From IMG/VR virus record IMGVR_UViG_3300035661_000046, positions 1 to 64,000 of that record: a stretch of 64,000 nucleotides of DNA; one strand, given 5' to 3'. Made by a program: the position numbers and the translations under genes. Of this stretch, positions 52,761-63,012 are shown one piece after another (the first letter of the stretch is position 1; each line of letters begins with the position of its first letter). The notes under the pieces are model-generated. The model was not told the origin of the DNA. It was given only the letters and a program-made list of their open reading frames with translations, and did not search any database. This DNA is from a virus. Taxonomy: Duplodnaviria; Heunggongvirae; Uroviricota; Caudoviricetes.

Positions 52761-52780
52761 TGGTTTAAGGCCTACTACTA

Positions 52781-53806
52781 CTACTCTACTACACTTATTC
52801 TCGCAGTATCAAATGCAGCCCAGGTGTCGTCCCAAGTTCCTTGAGTTGCTGCACGACTATACTCTGTAGCTCTAGCTTCAAAGAAGTTAGCATGTTCAAC
52901 GCCATTTAACATGTGATCAACCCAAGGTAACGGATTCTTTTTAATCTTAAAAATAGGCTTAAGACCGAGACCTAGTAAACGACGATCTGCTATAAAGCGA
53001 ATATAAAGCTTAACTTCTTCAGGAGTTAATCCAGAAACACCACCCATCTCGAAAGCTAAGTCAATGAAGGCATCTTCCTGAGCTACAATATCTTCACAGG
53101 CGGTATAAATGTCACCTTTAAGTTTGCTATTCCATATCTTACGATTTTCCTGAATGAAGGTTTTAAATAGCATAGACATTCCTTCAACGTGCAAAGACTC
53201 ATCTCGCACCGACCATGTAATAATCTGACCCATGTTCTTAAGTTTGTTCTGACGAGGGAAGTTCAGTAGAATAACAAAGGAACTGAATAGCTGAATACCC
53301 TCAATGAAGCCAGAGACCACTGCAAGAGACTTCGCCATCTCATGAGGATTCTCTACAGTAAACCCTGCTAAGAAGTCATGCTTATTCTTCATAGCTTCAT
53401 ACTGTAAGAAGGCTTGGTACTCAACCTCTGGCATACCTAGAGTATCCAGTAATAAAGAGTACGCATCCATGTGAACGCTCTCCATATTACCAAAAGCTCC
53501 AAGCATCATACGTATCTCAGGTATCTTACCAAAGACTCGCATAAACTTATCCGCATATGAATCAGAAACATCACAATCAGCCTGAACAAAGAATCGGAAA
53601 ATCTGTGTAATCAAATTCTTTTCTTCTACTGTTAGTAGTGTTTCCCAGTCTTTTACATCATCTGCCATAGGTACTTCTTCTGGCAACCAGTGTATTTGGT
53701 TTTGCATCTTATAAGCTTCATACGCAAAAGGGTATTGGAAAGGCTTATAGAAGGCCCGTGGTATTAACAAGTTATGACCCTTACTCATCATTGGCACCCC
53801 AAGCAA
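52781..53806 (-). CDS. nrdB: ribonucleotide reductase small subunit (class I R2)
   Basis: Di-iron ligand context VRDESLHVEGM (E-x-x-H) and a ferritin-like helical layout. Overlaps the nrdA stop by 19 nt. 341 aa. Confidence 0.75.
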   Translation of the reverse strand: MLGVPMMSKGHNLLIPRAFYKPFQYPFAYEAYKMQNQIHWLPEEVPMADDVKDWETLLTVEEKNLITQIFRFFVQADCDVSDSYADKFMRVFGKIPEIRMMLGAFGNMESVHMDAYSLLLDTLGMPEVEYQAFLQYEAMKNKHDFLAGFTVENPHEMAKSLAVVSGFIEGIQLFSSFVILLNFPRQNKLKNMGQIITWSVRDESLHVEGMSMLFKTFIQENRKIWNSKLKGDIYTACEDIVAQEDAFIDLAFEMGGVSGLTPEEVKLYIRFIADRRLLGLGLKPIFKIKKNPLPWVDHMLNGVEHANFFEARATEYSRAATQGTWDDTWAAFDTARISVVE

Positions 53807-55581
53807 TCGCCTGCATCAAATGAACTAAAGGTTGGCTGCTGTTCTTCAATTATTTCTCTCTCTACTTTCTGGCTTACTTTATCAGCCCTTCTTAAACTCT
53901 TACTTCTACAGTAATACAAACTCTTTAATCCCTTCTTCCAAGCATAAATATGTATGTCTAAAAGCTGTGACTTATGTACGTTAGCAGGTAAATACACATT
54001 GGTGGAAATAGCCTGATCCACGAAAGGTTGACGAACGGATGCATGTTCAATAATCCATAAAGGATCTATCTCCATAGCCGTCTTAAATACATCTTTCTCA
54101 TACTCTGTCAAGAAGTCAAGGCTTTGCACAGAGCCTTCATTCGTAGTAATAATACTCCATACTTCTGCAGTGTTCATTCCTTTTTCTTCTAACAATTTCT
54201 CTAGGAACTTATTTCTAACAGAAAAACTACCTGACAGTGTTTTCTGAGTGAAAGCATTAGCCGACATAGGCTCCATTGCAGGAGAAGACTCCGCTAGAAT
54301 AATAGAAGTAGAAGCAGTTGGGGCAATCGCACTTACGTTAGCATTTCTAACCATCACTCCGTATTTAGCTGCATCTGGACAAGGACCTTTTTCTAAGGCT
54401 AATACATGAGTAGCAGCATCACACGCGTCGTTGATGTGTTTACCAATACGTAAATTAACAGACTTAGCCATAGCAGAACCGTATGGAATCATCTTAGACT
54501 GCAGGTATGAGTGGAACCCCATTACTCCAATTCCAATACTTCTTTCTTGGGATGCAGAGAACTTAGCTTTAACCATACCTTCTGGAGCAGTATCAACAAA
54601 TATTTGTAATACATTATCAGTAAACCGGACACAGTCTTCTATGAATAATAGATCCTTCTTCCACTCATCAAAGTACAATTGGTTTATCTGAAACAGGCAA
54701 CAAACCGCAGTACGCAATTTAGACGTAGCTAAAGTTATCTCACTACAGAGGTTGGAAGTTTTGACCACCAACCCTTCTTTCTTATGAAACTCTGGTATGT
54801 TGCGATTAACCTCATCTATAAATAGTAAATAAGGTTCTCCTGTCTCCAACCGAGCTATAAGTATTCTCTGAAATAATGCTCGTGCATTTACAGTTTTAAT
54901 AACCGCTTTAGTTTTAGGGCAGATTAGATCAAAATCCTCATTAGCAATAACCGCATTCATAAAGGCATCTGTAATAACTACGCCTTGATGTAGGTTAAGT
55001 GTTTTACGATTAGAGTCCCCTCCTGTAGGGCGGCGAATTTCTATAAACTCTTCGATTTCCGGGTGATTAATATCCAAGTAAACAGCAGCAGAACCTCTAC
55101 GTTGATTACCTTGAGATACAGCCATGGTAGAAGAATCCATAACCTTTAGGAAAGGTACTATACCGCTAGTAGTCCCTCCCCCATTTCTAACCTTAGCTCC
55201 GATACCTCTTAGGTTACCCCAATAGCTACCTATGCCGCCCCCCTCCATAGCTAGAAATGCATTCTCTTTATAAAGGCTATAAATATCGTTAATACTATCT
55301 TCAACCTCGTTCAAAAAGCAGGATATAGGCATTCCCCTAGTAGTTCCGAGATTAGAGATTACCGGGGTAGCAGGTATACACCAATGACTAGAGAAGTAGG
55401 TATACATTCTCTGAGCATGGGCTAAATTATCAGATCCAGCCACTGCTATACGACCAAACATTTCCTGAAAGGATTCTCCATTATGAACATACCTATCCTT
55501 AAGTGTTTGCTTACCAAATTCCGTAAACAGGGAATCTTTATCATTATCTAAAATTAAACCGTTATATTCTTGGTTATTCAT
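53788..55581 (-). CDS. nrdA: ribonucleotide reductase large subunit (class I R1, without ATP-cone)
   Basis: Active-site region KTSNLCSEITL (the RNR NxCxE motif), a C-terminal redox pair DAGDCLGCQ, and glycine-rich loops. 597 aa. Confidence 0.75.
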   Translation of the reverse strand: MNNQEYNGLILDNDKDSLFTEFGKQTLKDRYVHNGESFQEMFGRIAVAGSDNLAHAQRMYTYFSSHWCIPATPVISNLGTTRGMPISCFLNEVEDSINDIYSLYKENAFLAMEGGGIGSYWGNLRGIGAKVRNGGGTTSGIVPFLKVMDSSTMAVSQGNQRRGSAAVYLDINHPEIEEFIEIRRPTGGDSNRKTLNLHQGVVITDAFMNAVIANEDFDLICPKTKAVIKTVNARALFQRILIARLETGEPYLLFIDEVNRNIPEFHKKEGLVVKTSNLCSEITLATSKLRTAVCCLFQINQLYFDEWKKDLLFIEDCVRFTDNVLQIFVDTAPEGMVKAKFSASQERSIGIGVMGFHSYLQSKMIPYGSAMAKSVNLRIGKHINDACDAATHVLALEKGPCPDAAKYGVMVRNANVSAIAPTASTSIILAESSPAMEPMSANAFTQKTLSGSFSVRNKFLEKLLEEKGMNTAEVWSIITTNEGSVQSLDFLTEYEKDVFKTAMEIDPLWIIEHASVRQPFVDQAISTNVYLPANVHKSQLLDIHIYAWKKGLKSLYYCRSKSLRRADKVSQKVEREIIEEQQPTFSSFDAGDCLGCQ

Positions 55582-55617
55582 ATTGCCTCATTATTATTGT
55601 TCTATTAGAAAATACTA

Positions 55618-55971
55618 CTAGTTTCCGTACATCAACTTCTTAAACTCTACTGCATTCTTTACTCGTTCTTCCCGCCATTCTTTAAAAATACTACTATACT
55701 CCGTACCTGTATCTTGATTACGAGAAATGTAAGCATCTATTTCTTCTTCCGTCATTGGCCTAACCGAGGATAGGTCTTGTAGGTTTTTAAAGTCAGTCGC
55801 CCCTCTTCTTAAATAAGAAAGGCCTCCATCCGTATATACATCTCCACACTTGCACTTTACGAAGTCATGTCTGTGAGTACTCTCAATTATATCGTTACAA
55901 CGAAGGCATTTAACTCTGTTTGCAGTCAGGAGGTAAAAGTCTTCAAACCTTTGCTGATCACTTAAATCCAT
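55618..55971 (-). CDS. zinc-ribbon protein of unknown function
   Basis: CLRCNDI...HRHDFVKCKCGD four-Cys cluster. 117 aa. Confidence 0.4.
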   Translation of the reverse strand: MDLSDQQRFEDFYLLTANRVKCLRCNDIIESTHRHDFVKCKCGDVYTDGGLSYLRRGATDFKNLQDLSSVRPMTEEEIDAYISRNQDTGTEYSSIFKEWREERVKNAVEFKKLMYGN

Positions 55972-56000
55972 TATACACTTTCCTTATTAAAAACTACAGA

Positions 56001-56492
56001 TTAAATACTAGGTAAAGATGATTTTAACAGCACATCCAGGAATACTACCTCTACTCCAGCTTCGCTAAACATCTCTAGTGTCATCTTAAAACTTTCGCCA
56101 TAAGTGGCATCGTTAAAGTCGGGGCTGACCTCCACTACAACCTTGATTATACCAGACTGAATGATGGCTCTTGCACACTCCTGGCATACAAAAAGAGTGG
56201 TAACAAAAATACTGCAACCCTCAGTAGAGGTTCCCACCTTGGCTGCAGCGTATATTGCATTTCTCTCAGCGTGTTCACTAAAGAAGTACTTAGTAGGGCG
56301 AAGATGTCTCTCTTCCACATCATCGTTGACCTTTCTAGGGAATCCATTATACCCGGTTGATCTGATTCCCCAGTCAGGCCCAGCTATTAATGCCCCTACT
56401 TTTCTACTTCTATCTTTACTAAGCTTGCTTACACTCTTTGCTATTTCCATGAAGTGAGATAGTTTTTCTATGCTCGCACTCACTCTTAGCAC
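56001..56492 (-). CDS. dCMP deaminase
   Basis: Zinc-binding motifs HAERNA (H-A-E) and CQECARAI (PCxxC-type) in a 163-aa cytidine/deoxycytidylate deaminase fold. Confidence 0.75.
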   Translation of the reverse strand: MLRVSASIEKLSHFMEIAKSVSKLSKDRSRKVGALIAGPDWGIRSTGYNGFPRKVNDDVEERHLRPTKYFFSEHAERNAIYAAAKVGTSTEGCSIFVTTLFVCQECARAIIQSGIIKVVVEVSPDFNDATYGESFKMTLEMFSEAGVEVVFLDVLLKSSLPSI

Positions 56493-56893
56493 TTAACCTT
56501 TTCTGCGTGCTGCCAGTATCTCCACTGAGTTTGTAAGGACTCAGTAGTGCCATCTATAAATGCGGCAACCTTATTATTGTGAGTATCAAACTCTTTAAAC
56601 CTACGCAGATATTTACAATCGGGGTAGTAATCATCCCACACCTGAATTACTTCCCCTACTTTAAATTCAGAGTAAGGAGTCCACTCTGCTATAATATCAA
56701 TACTAGAACTATGCTGATTATAATATTTACCTGTGGAGGTCCATTCTCTTACTAATTCTTCACCTGTCAGTAAGGTCATAGTTCCAACACAGTTAAACAC
56801 ACACCCGTTTCTAAGACCAGTTCTAATAATAGTAACTTTATCTCCACCCCTTGTAACGTAAACCTTACCTTCTTCTAATGTAATTGTGTTCAC
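56486..56893 (-). CDS. hypothetical protein
   Basis: 135-aa ORF. Confidence 0.45.
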   Translation of the reverse strand: MNTITLEEGKVYVTRGGDKVTIIRTGLRNGCVFNCVGTMTLLTGEELVREWTSTGKYYNQHSSSIDIIAEWTPYSEFKVGEVIQVWDDYYPDCKYLRRFKEFDTHNNKVAAFIDGTTESLQTQWRYWQHAEKVKC

Positions 56894-57075
56894 TATAAAC
56901 CTTTCTTCAATGTTTTAAAAACAGCTCGTTCTACTTTACTAGTGAGCTTTGTGTACTCAGAGTGTACAGTAATATGTCGCACTCGTGGTTTCTTTTTAGG
57001 ACCAGCCTTGGTTGTAACCCGCATTATAGTATCTATTCTGCGGTTTTTATAAATGACGGTTACTACTTCCATTTA

Positions 57076-57891
57076 CTAAAATCTCCTACTTGGGTTATTG
57101 TGATTTGAACCTAGAATATTAAGTCTTATACGCTCCGCTTCTGAAAAAAGCTGAGACGCAGTATTTTCTCTTCGAGCTCTTCCTAGTGATTGCGCGGTTA
57201 TTCTACCATCTGGTAAAACAGGGCTAACTCTTGGCGGAGGTGGTGGAGGAGGAATATGGTCTCTGGTATAGTGGTAAGCATTTTCAAAATAGTAAGTAAT
57301 AGGCCCAGTGCCCCAATAACCATCCGTATACCCCTCAGAGGTAGTATGAATAGAAACGCCAGGGGGAGTGCGGAATGGAATAGTAGTACTAGCACCTGTA
57401 CCAGCGTAATACGGAGTAAAGTTTCTGTTAAGGTTCACTGTAGTAGAATCTATCTCCATAAATCCTAAAGGCAGTGACTGCTGCTGCCAATACCTATTTT
57501 TTTCTTTTAGTATCCCTACTGATAGTAGACTTACACTGAACCCTATTACGTTCAACCACTCTACTTCGGGGACTTCAATCTTAACTTCTTCCTCAACTAT
57601 ACTGGCTATTAGAAGTTTTCTCTTTACCTTATAGATTAAGACCCCAAGCCTCTCTCGTAAAAGAAATCTTACAAGCCTACTCTCTCTAGCAGCTGCTGCA
57701 TTGATGTAGTATGCTACTCCTTTATTTTTACTATTAAAGCAGGCAATGGGATTCTCATCTAGATAGAAGGTAGCAGTATCACCTGCTATGAACAAGTGAG
57801 TTTGTTTAGTGTGAAATGGCTCCCAATACTTCAACCCTTGAATTAATTTCGGCCCTATACTTTTCCCATAATTTTGAAAATCAGGATTCAT
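57076..57891 (-). CDS. hypothetical protein with a poly-proline tract
   Basis: 271 aa; contains PPPPPPPR. Confidence 0.45.
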   Translation of the reverse strand: MNPDFQNYGKSIGPKLIQGLKYWEPFHTKQTHLFIAGDTATFYLDENPIACFNSKNKGVAYYINAAAARESRLVRFLLRERLGVLIYKVKRKLLIASIVEEEVKIEVPEVEWLNVIGFSVSLLSVGILKEKNRYWQQQSLPLGFMEIDSTTVNLNRNFTPYYAGTGASTTIPFRTPPGVSIHTTSEGYTDGYWGTGPITYYFENAYHYTRDHIPPPPPPPRVSPVLPDGRITAQSLGRARRENTASQLFSEAERIRLNILGSNHNNPSRRF

Positions 57892-57892
57892 T

Positions 57893-58672
57893 TTATACGG
57901 CTACTTTCCCCTTTATAGCAGGATGAGATTGGTAATCTTCTAAATAAACATCGTCGAAAGTAAAAGAGAAAATATCTGTCACTTCTGGGTTTAAATAGAT
58001 CTTGGGTAAAGGTAAAGGCTCACGAGAGAGCTGCTCTGCAACCTGTGTTAGATGGTTGTTATATATATGAGCATCCCCTAGTGTGTGAATAAACTCACCA
58101 ACTTTTAGACCGCAGACTTGAGCAATCATGTGAGTTAATAATGCGTATGATGCTATATTGAAAGGTACCCCCAGGAAAGTATCAGCACTACGCTGGTATA
58201 GCTGGCAGCTTAATTCCCCATCATATACGTAAAATTGCATCAAAAGATGACAGGGAGGTAACGCCATTTCTAGGAGCTTAGGGGGATTCCATGCCGAAAC
58301 AATTAGTCTACGAGAATCAGGATTAGTTTTAATTTGATCAATCACCTCAGAGATCTGGTCTACCCCACCAAAGTCTCTCCACATAGACCCATAGACAGGC
58401 CCGAGGTCACCCTTTTCATCTGCCCAACTATTCCATATAGTAACACCGTTGTCTGTTAAATACTTAATGTTTGTATCACCAGATAGAAACCATAACAGCT
58501 CATGTACGATAGACTTGAAGTGTACTTTCTTAGTAGTAACCAACGGGAAGCCTTCTCGTAGGTCATACCGAGTCTGATAGCCAAAAACGGAAGTAGTGCC
58601 AGTGCCTGTTCTATCATCCTTACCTTTACCTTGTGTTATAACGTGTCTTAGTAGATCTTGATATTGTTTCAT
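57893..58672 (-). CDS. thyA: thymidylate synthase (ThyA)
   Basis: N-terminus [38 protein letters not shown] aligns with E. coli ThyA [38 protein letters not shown]. 259 aa. Confidence 0.9.
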   Translation of the reverse strand: MKQYQDLLRHVITQGKGKDDRTGTGTTSVFGYQTRYDLREGFPLVTTKKVHFKSIVHELLWFLSGDTNIKYLTDNGVTIWNSWADEKGDLGPVYGSMWRDFGGVDQISEVIDQIKTNPDSRRLIVSAWNPPKLLEMALPPCHLLMQFYVYDGELSCQLYQRSADTFLGVPFNIASYALLTHMIAQVCGLKVGEFIHTLGDAHIYNNHLTQVAEQLSREPLPLPKIYLNPEVTDIFSFTFDDVYLEDYQSHPAIKGKVAV

Positions 58673-58688
58673 TCTCGTTCCTTATAAT

Positions 58689-58722
58689 CTAAAAAGAGAC
58701 CGGTTAAGGTCTCTATTTTTTG
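58689..58722. terminator. bidirectional rho-independent terminator
   Basis: Hairpin agagacc ggttaa ggtctct with an A-run before and a T-run after. Confidence 0.6.
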
Positions 58723-58732
58723 TTTGTTATAA

Positions 58733-58840
58733 TTTAAGTCCTAAGATTTTAGCTATGATAACTACTAGTACATATAGTAGCACTGGTATTACTAGGGCTA
58801 CAAGTAGTACTACCCCTATGCCGCCAAATAAGCCCATGTA
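58733..58840 (-). CDS. tiny hydrophobic peptide (possible holin/antiholin-like membrane peptide)
   Basis: About 35 aa (MGLFGGIGVVLLVALVIPVLLYVLVVIIAKILGLKL), below the ORF-track cutoff. Adjacent to the lysozyme region. Confidence 0.25.
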
Positions 58841-58956
58841 AATCTCCTTTAATGAGTTGGTCTCTCGGTCATTGCTAGGTAGAATATTTTAACTATCGCT
58901 GCTAAGAATAACAATACTACAGGCGCTATTATAACAGCTAATATAAAGGTAATCAT

Positions 58957-59232
58957 TTATTTCACCCACACTTTCTCGTATCTACTAGGCAAACCTTCTG
59001 CCGGTATTGGGTGTTTAATTCCTTTGTAATCCACCAAGTAGACTGGCTCTTTAGAGCTACTGGAATACATAACTTCAGGCATTGTCCACTCAACGTACAG
59101 CGCTGAAGAAATGCCTGCCGCACCCATTACTAACAATACTACTAATACGTACACACTTTTCATACTATATACTCCTATATTTATTAAGCTCTCGCTCGTA
59201 AAGCCGTAAGTACTCAGGATTTTCTTTCCCAT
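58957..59232 (-). CDS. membrane protein (holin candidate)
   Basis: 91 aa with a TM helix VLVVLLVMGAAGISSAL. Overlaps the 3' end of the SLT gene. Confidence 0.35.
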   Translation of the reverse strand: MGKKILSTYGFTSESLINIGVYSMKSVYVLVVLLVMGAAGISSALYVEWTMPEVMYSSSSKEPVYLVDYKGIKHPIPAEGLPSRYEKVWVK

Positions 59233-59779
59233 TCTTTACAGCGGTAATACCAGAGTTATACGCCATAATAGCTCTCCGTTTAGAGTGGCCAAGTTGGGTA
59301 TAATACTGGTGTAAAATCGCTACTCCATGCTTCATGTTCAAGTACGGGTCAAACCTAGCTTCGACGGGTTCTTTTATTCCATTGGCAGAATAATTAATAC
59401 CCATCAAACCCTGTGCGATACCATTATTCGCCCTAGGGTTCATACCAGACTCAATCCCTGCTAGGGCTATTACGTCCTTTACTGTAGGAAAGCCTGGATA
59501 CATATTAGCTACCTTACTGGCAGTTGACACGATATTCCTGGCTTCACTAAGGGAAAGGTGGTACTTAGCGGAGACCACCCTGCTGAGTTTGTAGATATTA
59601 TCTTCCACTTTCTTTTTCTTTACTACCGCTTTACGCTCAACCTTATCTGCTTCCACTATAAGGATTGGTCTAGTAATTGCAGGAGTATAAGTAGCATCAG
59701 GCTTACTTAGAGGAAATATGGTAGACCCTAGAAGCAGCACTGATACTAATAGAAGGGTGGATAACAACTGCCTTACCAT
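59165..59779 (-). CDS. lytic transglycosylase (SLT-domain endolysin / cell-wall hydrolase)
   Basis: N-terminal signal/anchor MVRQLLSTLLLVSVLLLGSTIF and SLT catalytic region ALAGIESGMNPRANNGIAQGLMGINY (E-S...GLMQ-like). Confidence 0.65.
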   Translation of the reverse strand: MVRQLLSTLLLVSVLLLGSTIFPLSKPDATYTPAITRPILIVEADKVERKAVVKKKKVEDNIYKLSRVVSAKYHLSLSEARNIVSTASKVANMYPGFPTVKDVIALAGIESGMNPRANNGIAQGLMGINYSANGIKEPVEARFDPYLNMKHGVAILHQYYTQLGHSKRRAIMAYNSGITAVKNGKENPEYLRLYERELNKYRSI

Positions 59780-60033
59780 TAGGCAGCAGCCTTTAACTCA
59801 TGGACGGCATACAAGGACAACCGACGTTCCATATACGCTAATATATCCTGGAATGGATACTCTAAGACGAATCGCAAGGTTTCATGTTGACGACCATCTT
59901 CTGCCAACATTCTATATGCTTCTCTATGTTGAGGATTACTAGGATCAAACATGACGATAGGTTTTTGAACACCTATTAAGCCACGTAATTTGTTCACCCC
60001 TGGTACTTCGTGTTGAGCCGTTTGAAGTTGCAT
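59779..60033 (-). CDS. hypothetical protein
   Basis: 84-aa ORF. Confidence 0.4.
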   Translation of the reverse strand: MQLQTAQHEVPGVNKLRGLIGVQKPIVMFDPSNPQHREAYRMLAEDGRQHETLRFVLEYPFQDILAYMERRLSLYAVHELKAAA

Positions 60034-60117
60034 GATTTTTCCTTTTCTATTAGGGTTATAAGGGTAGGAGTGTATAGTTCTCCATATATATGTTGTACCA
60101 TATTATGACCCTTAAAT

Positions 60118-60399
60118 TTACTCTCCGTGATACTGCCACAACACAGCGTTGCAGTAGGCATGAACCGCCCCTATTGTCATTCCTGTATCATGGCTATGAT
60201 GTAAGTGAGTAGGGTGATTGAAGAACCCTTCTGGGAATAGTCGTCTATTAACGTAAAGGTTACTGACCTTTTTTGCAGGAGAGTCTTTCAGAGGGGCACC
60301 ACAGTGATAACAATTACCCTCCTGTATCTTGATGTACTCCTCTCTAACAGCACGCCTTTCCTGGAGAGGAGTATTACTATAATTTACTGGTAGTTCCAT
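60118..60399 (-). CDS. endonuclease VII-like (HNH-type) junction-resolving nuclease
   Basis: CYHCGAP...HLHHSHDTGMTIGAVHAYCN matches the T4 endo VII N-terminal motif C-x2-C...H-x-D-H-x-x-G...C-N. Confidence 0.55.
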   Translation of the reverse strand: MELPVNYSNTPLQERRAVREEYIKIQEGNCYHCGAPLKDSPAKKVSNLYVNRRLFPEGFFNHPTHLHHSHDTGMTIGAVHAYCNAVLWQYHGE

Positions 60400-60623
60400 T
60401 AGTTTTCCTTCACTTAATTAAATATCCAGCCATAAAGGATATTCCTATGAAGAAGATAACAAGCCCTATTGCTGGAGATACGAAATCAAATTCACTTATG
60501 GGCGTACCGAAGTGAAATATTAAGCCTACCCATACTATGATTCCAATACTACATAAAACCCAACTTGAAATAAACATTATTTCTTCCTTTTCTTTATAAC
60601 AACACAGTAATCACATCCAGCCA

Positions 60624-60926
60624 TCAGTTCTCTCCTTTGTTAAGAATCATTGGTGAGCCTGGCTCATACTTAAGCAGCCGAACATTCATTTTAAACGCTG
60701 CTGTCTTCCACATCTCCCAGTTGTTAATTGCAAGCTTAAGCTGACGACGCAGAGTGGCGATCTCATCGTCTTTTTCTTTTAAAGCCTTTTCTATCATCTC
60801 TTTGAGCTTTGCTTCTGCCTCAGAAAATCTAGTCATTGGGTTATCGGAATAGAATGAGCTTTTAACTAATTCGTGACAGTAGCTAACCTCTTCTACTTGC
60901 TCCATTATCTGCTCCACTTTACTCAC
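60624..60926 (-). CDS. hypothetical coiled-coil protein
   Basis: 100-aa ORF. Confidence 0.4.
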   Translation of the reverse strand: MSKVEQIMEQVEEVSYCHELVKSSFYSDNPMTRFSEAEAKLKEMIEKALKEKDDEIATLRRQLKLAINNWEMWKTAAFKMNVRLLKYEPGSPMILNKGEN

Positions 60927-60929
60927 TGC

Positions 60930-61112
60930 TCACTCCATTCCTACTACTCCAAAGCCCGCAAACATAACTGCTATAGCAAACACGCTAAAAGCTGCAGATG
61001 CATCCCCTAAAAAATGACTAACTATTCCAGAGCAAACACACCCAGCTATAGTTGATAGTCCCCATTGAGTTCGTACGCTATTACTCATTGTGCTCCTCTC
61101 ATTGCCGCCCAC
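60930..61112 (-). CDS. small membrane protein
   Basis: 60 aa, hydrophobic. Confidence 0.35.
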   Translation of the reverse strand: MGGNERSTMSNSVRTQWGLSTIAGCVCSGIVSHFLGDASAAFSVFAIAVMFAGFGVVGME

Positions 61113-61306
61113 ATTGCTTTGGTACTCGTCTTAGTAAGTCTACTTATATAGCTTTCATCAGTTTCTCCATAACGCTTTCCTTGCTTAGACGCTGCTAGAA
61201 AAGCATGAGACGCTGCGTTATATCCCGCTCTGCATTTGTCACAGCTACATTCATATCCGTGGTATCCTTTTCTGCTCATTCCTACTCCTTTCGCTTTATT
61301 AAGCAT
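61085..61306 (-). CDS. small Cys-containing protein
   Basis: 73 aa; CSCDKC. Confidence 0.35.
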   Translation of the reverse strand: MLNKAKGVGMSRKGYHGYECSCDKCRAGYNAASHAFLAASKQGKRYGETDESYISRLTKTSTKAMWAAMRGAQ

Positions 61307-61359
61307 TGCTTTTACCTCTTTTCAAGTTCAGATTTGACGAAAGTCGGTCCGCGTAATGT

Positions 61360-61614
61360 TTAACTTCGTTCATCCTGATCACCAATACTATTTAAAGTAG
61401 TAAGTAAAGTCATGCTTTTGTACCATTTAGAAACCGGCCTGGACCATACTGTTTGGTTTCCAATATTGATGTAGTTAACCGTCGGAGGATATTCCTCCTT
61501 TGCACTGGTCATATTGCTTATGAACAAGACGCGATATATATTGCCGTTAGTGTGGCGCCAAAGAGAGCCTACTGGAATATCTACTAACTGTAGTAGAGTA
61601 GTGTCAAGATTCAT
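61360..61614 (-). CDS. hypothetical protein
   Basis: 84-aa ORF. Confidence 0.4.
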   Translation of the reverse strand: MNLDTTLLQLVDIPVGSLWRHTNGNIYRVLFISNMTSAKEEYPPTVNYINIGNQTVWSRPVSKWYKSMTLLTTLNSIGDQDERS

Positions 61615-61681
61615 TTAATTTCCTTTATTAATATACAAGAGTACACAATTACTAGTACTACCAACATTGCTAGTAATATGC

Positions 61682-62044
61682 TCATGATACTTCCTTGAAG
61701 TCTACCGATTCACTATAGTACCCGTTGCTAGAACCATACCAACGAATATCAACATACCCTTTTACAGTAGCTAACTTGTAGAATGTCCAAGTCGAAGTAC
61801 CATATATCCTATCGCAATCCTCAGGGTAATCATTGCTAACCGATTCTTCTGCTAGAAGTATTGGTGATCCCACTAAATCAGTAAGGTCCCCTACTATATC
61901 TTCTACTGTTACTGACTCACAGCAGTCCTGTTCATGGTACAACTTGTATTGCTTACCGTTTGTTGTTGTAAATCTTATTTCTTCATCATCAACGTTTTCA
62001 ACACTGGTCATGGTTTGACCTATTAAATCTGTAAATTCCACCAT
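61682..62044 (-). CDS. hypothetical acidic protein
   Basis: 120-aa ORF. Confidence 0.45.
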   Translation of the reverse strand: MVEFTDLIGQTMTSVENVDDEEIRFTTTNGKQYKLYHEQDCCESVTVEDIVGDLTDLVGSPILLAEESVSNDYPEDCDRIYGTSTWTFYKLATVKGYVDIRWYGSSNGYYSESVDFKEVS

Positions 62045-62051
62045 GTTATTT

Positions 62052-63012
62052 CTATCCTTTTACGCACATCACTTGTTTTAGAGTATGAAGCACTGTTACT
62101 AAGTCATCCTGATTACTCATTACTGTCTCAATATCTTTATATGCCCCGGGAGTTTCATCTATTACACTTTCGTCTTTCCTACATTCAACACCTGCTGTAG
62201 CTAGCTTGTGATCCTCTATGGTAAATGTAGCTCTAGCTTTTGCACGGCTCATTGCCCGTCCAGCTCCATGAGAGCAAGAGCAGAAGGAGTCTATATTACC
62301 CTTACCTTCTACTATATAAGATCTAGTCCCCATGCTGCCTGGAATTATACCTAAGTCCCCATTACGAGCGCGTACTGCACCTTTACGAGTTATCCATAAA
62401 TTCCTACCAAAGTGATTTTCCTTAGCTACGTAATTATGATGACAATTAATAGCCTCTTTGGTTACTGTGAACTCCTTAGGAATGTGTCTGGATATTGCAG
62501 CTAATACTGAAGCCAGCATTGCCTTTCTATTCTCTAAAGCGTAGTCTTGAGCCCAATGAACAGCCTCGATATAATCATTGAAGTCCTCGTCCCCTTCTGG
62601 TAAGTAAGCTAGATCACCATCTGGTAAGTTGATGTAATACATCTCCATCTTCTTCTTGGCCTTCTCAATGAAGTAATTCCCAATCATATTACCGATACCT
62701 CTGGAGCCAGAGTGTAACATCACCCATACAGAGTCTACTTCATCCAGACAAATTTCTATGAAGTGGTTACCTGAACCCAAGGTACCCAATTGACGACTAG
62801 CCTTACCGATACCATCCCTGGCTATATCTGGATGTTTACCTAGAATTGGTCCTAAGTCTTGCAATAGAGAAAATCCTTGATAGTCTTTATGAGAACCACC
62901 TGTCCCCATAGGTATGTCTCGTTCTATTTGTTTACGAATTGTTTCTAATGAATCTGGTAGGTCGGCCGCAGTTAAACTTAGGCGTACTGCTACCATTCCA
63001 CATCCTAAATCG
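62052..63012 (-). CDS. rtcB: RtcB RNA ligase (3'-phosphate/5'-OH), exon 2
   Basis: In frame upstream of the tracked Met the sequence reads DLGCGMVAVRLSLTAADLPDSLETIRKQIE, matching E. coli RtcB DIGCGMNALRTALTAEDLPENLAELRQAIE. Later conserved blocks include MLHSGSRGIGN and CSCSHGAGR. Confidence 0.8.
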
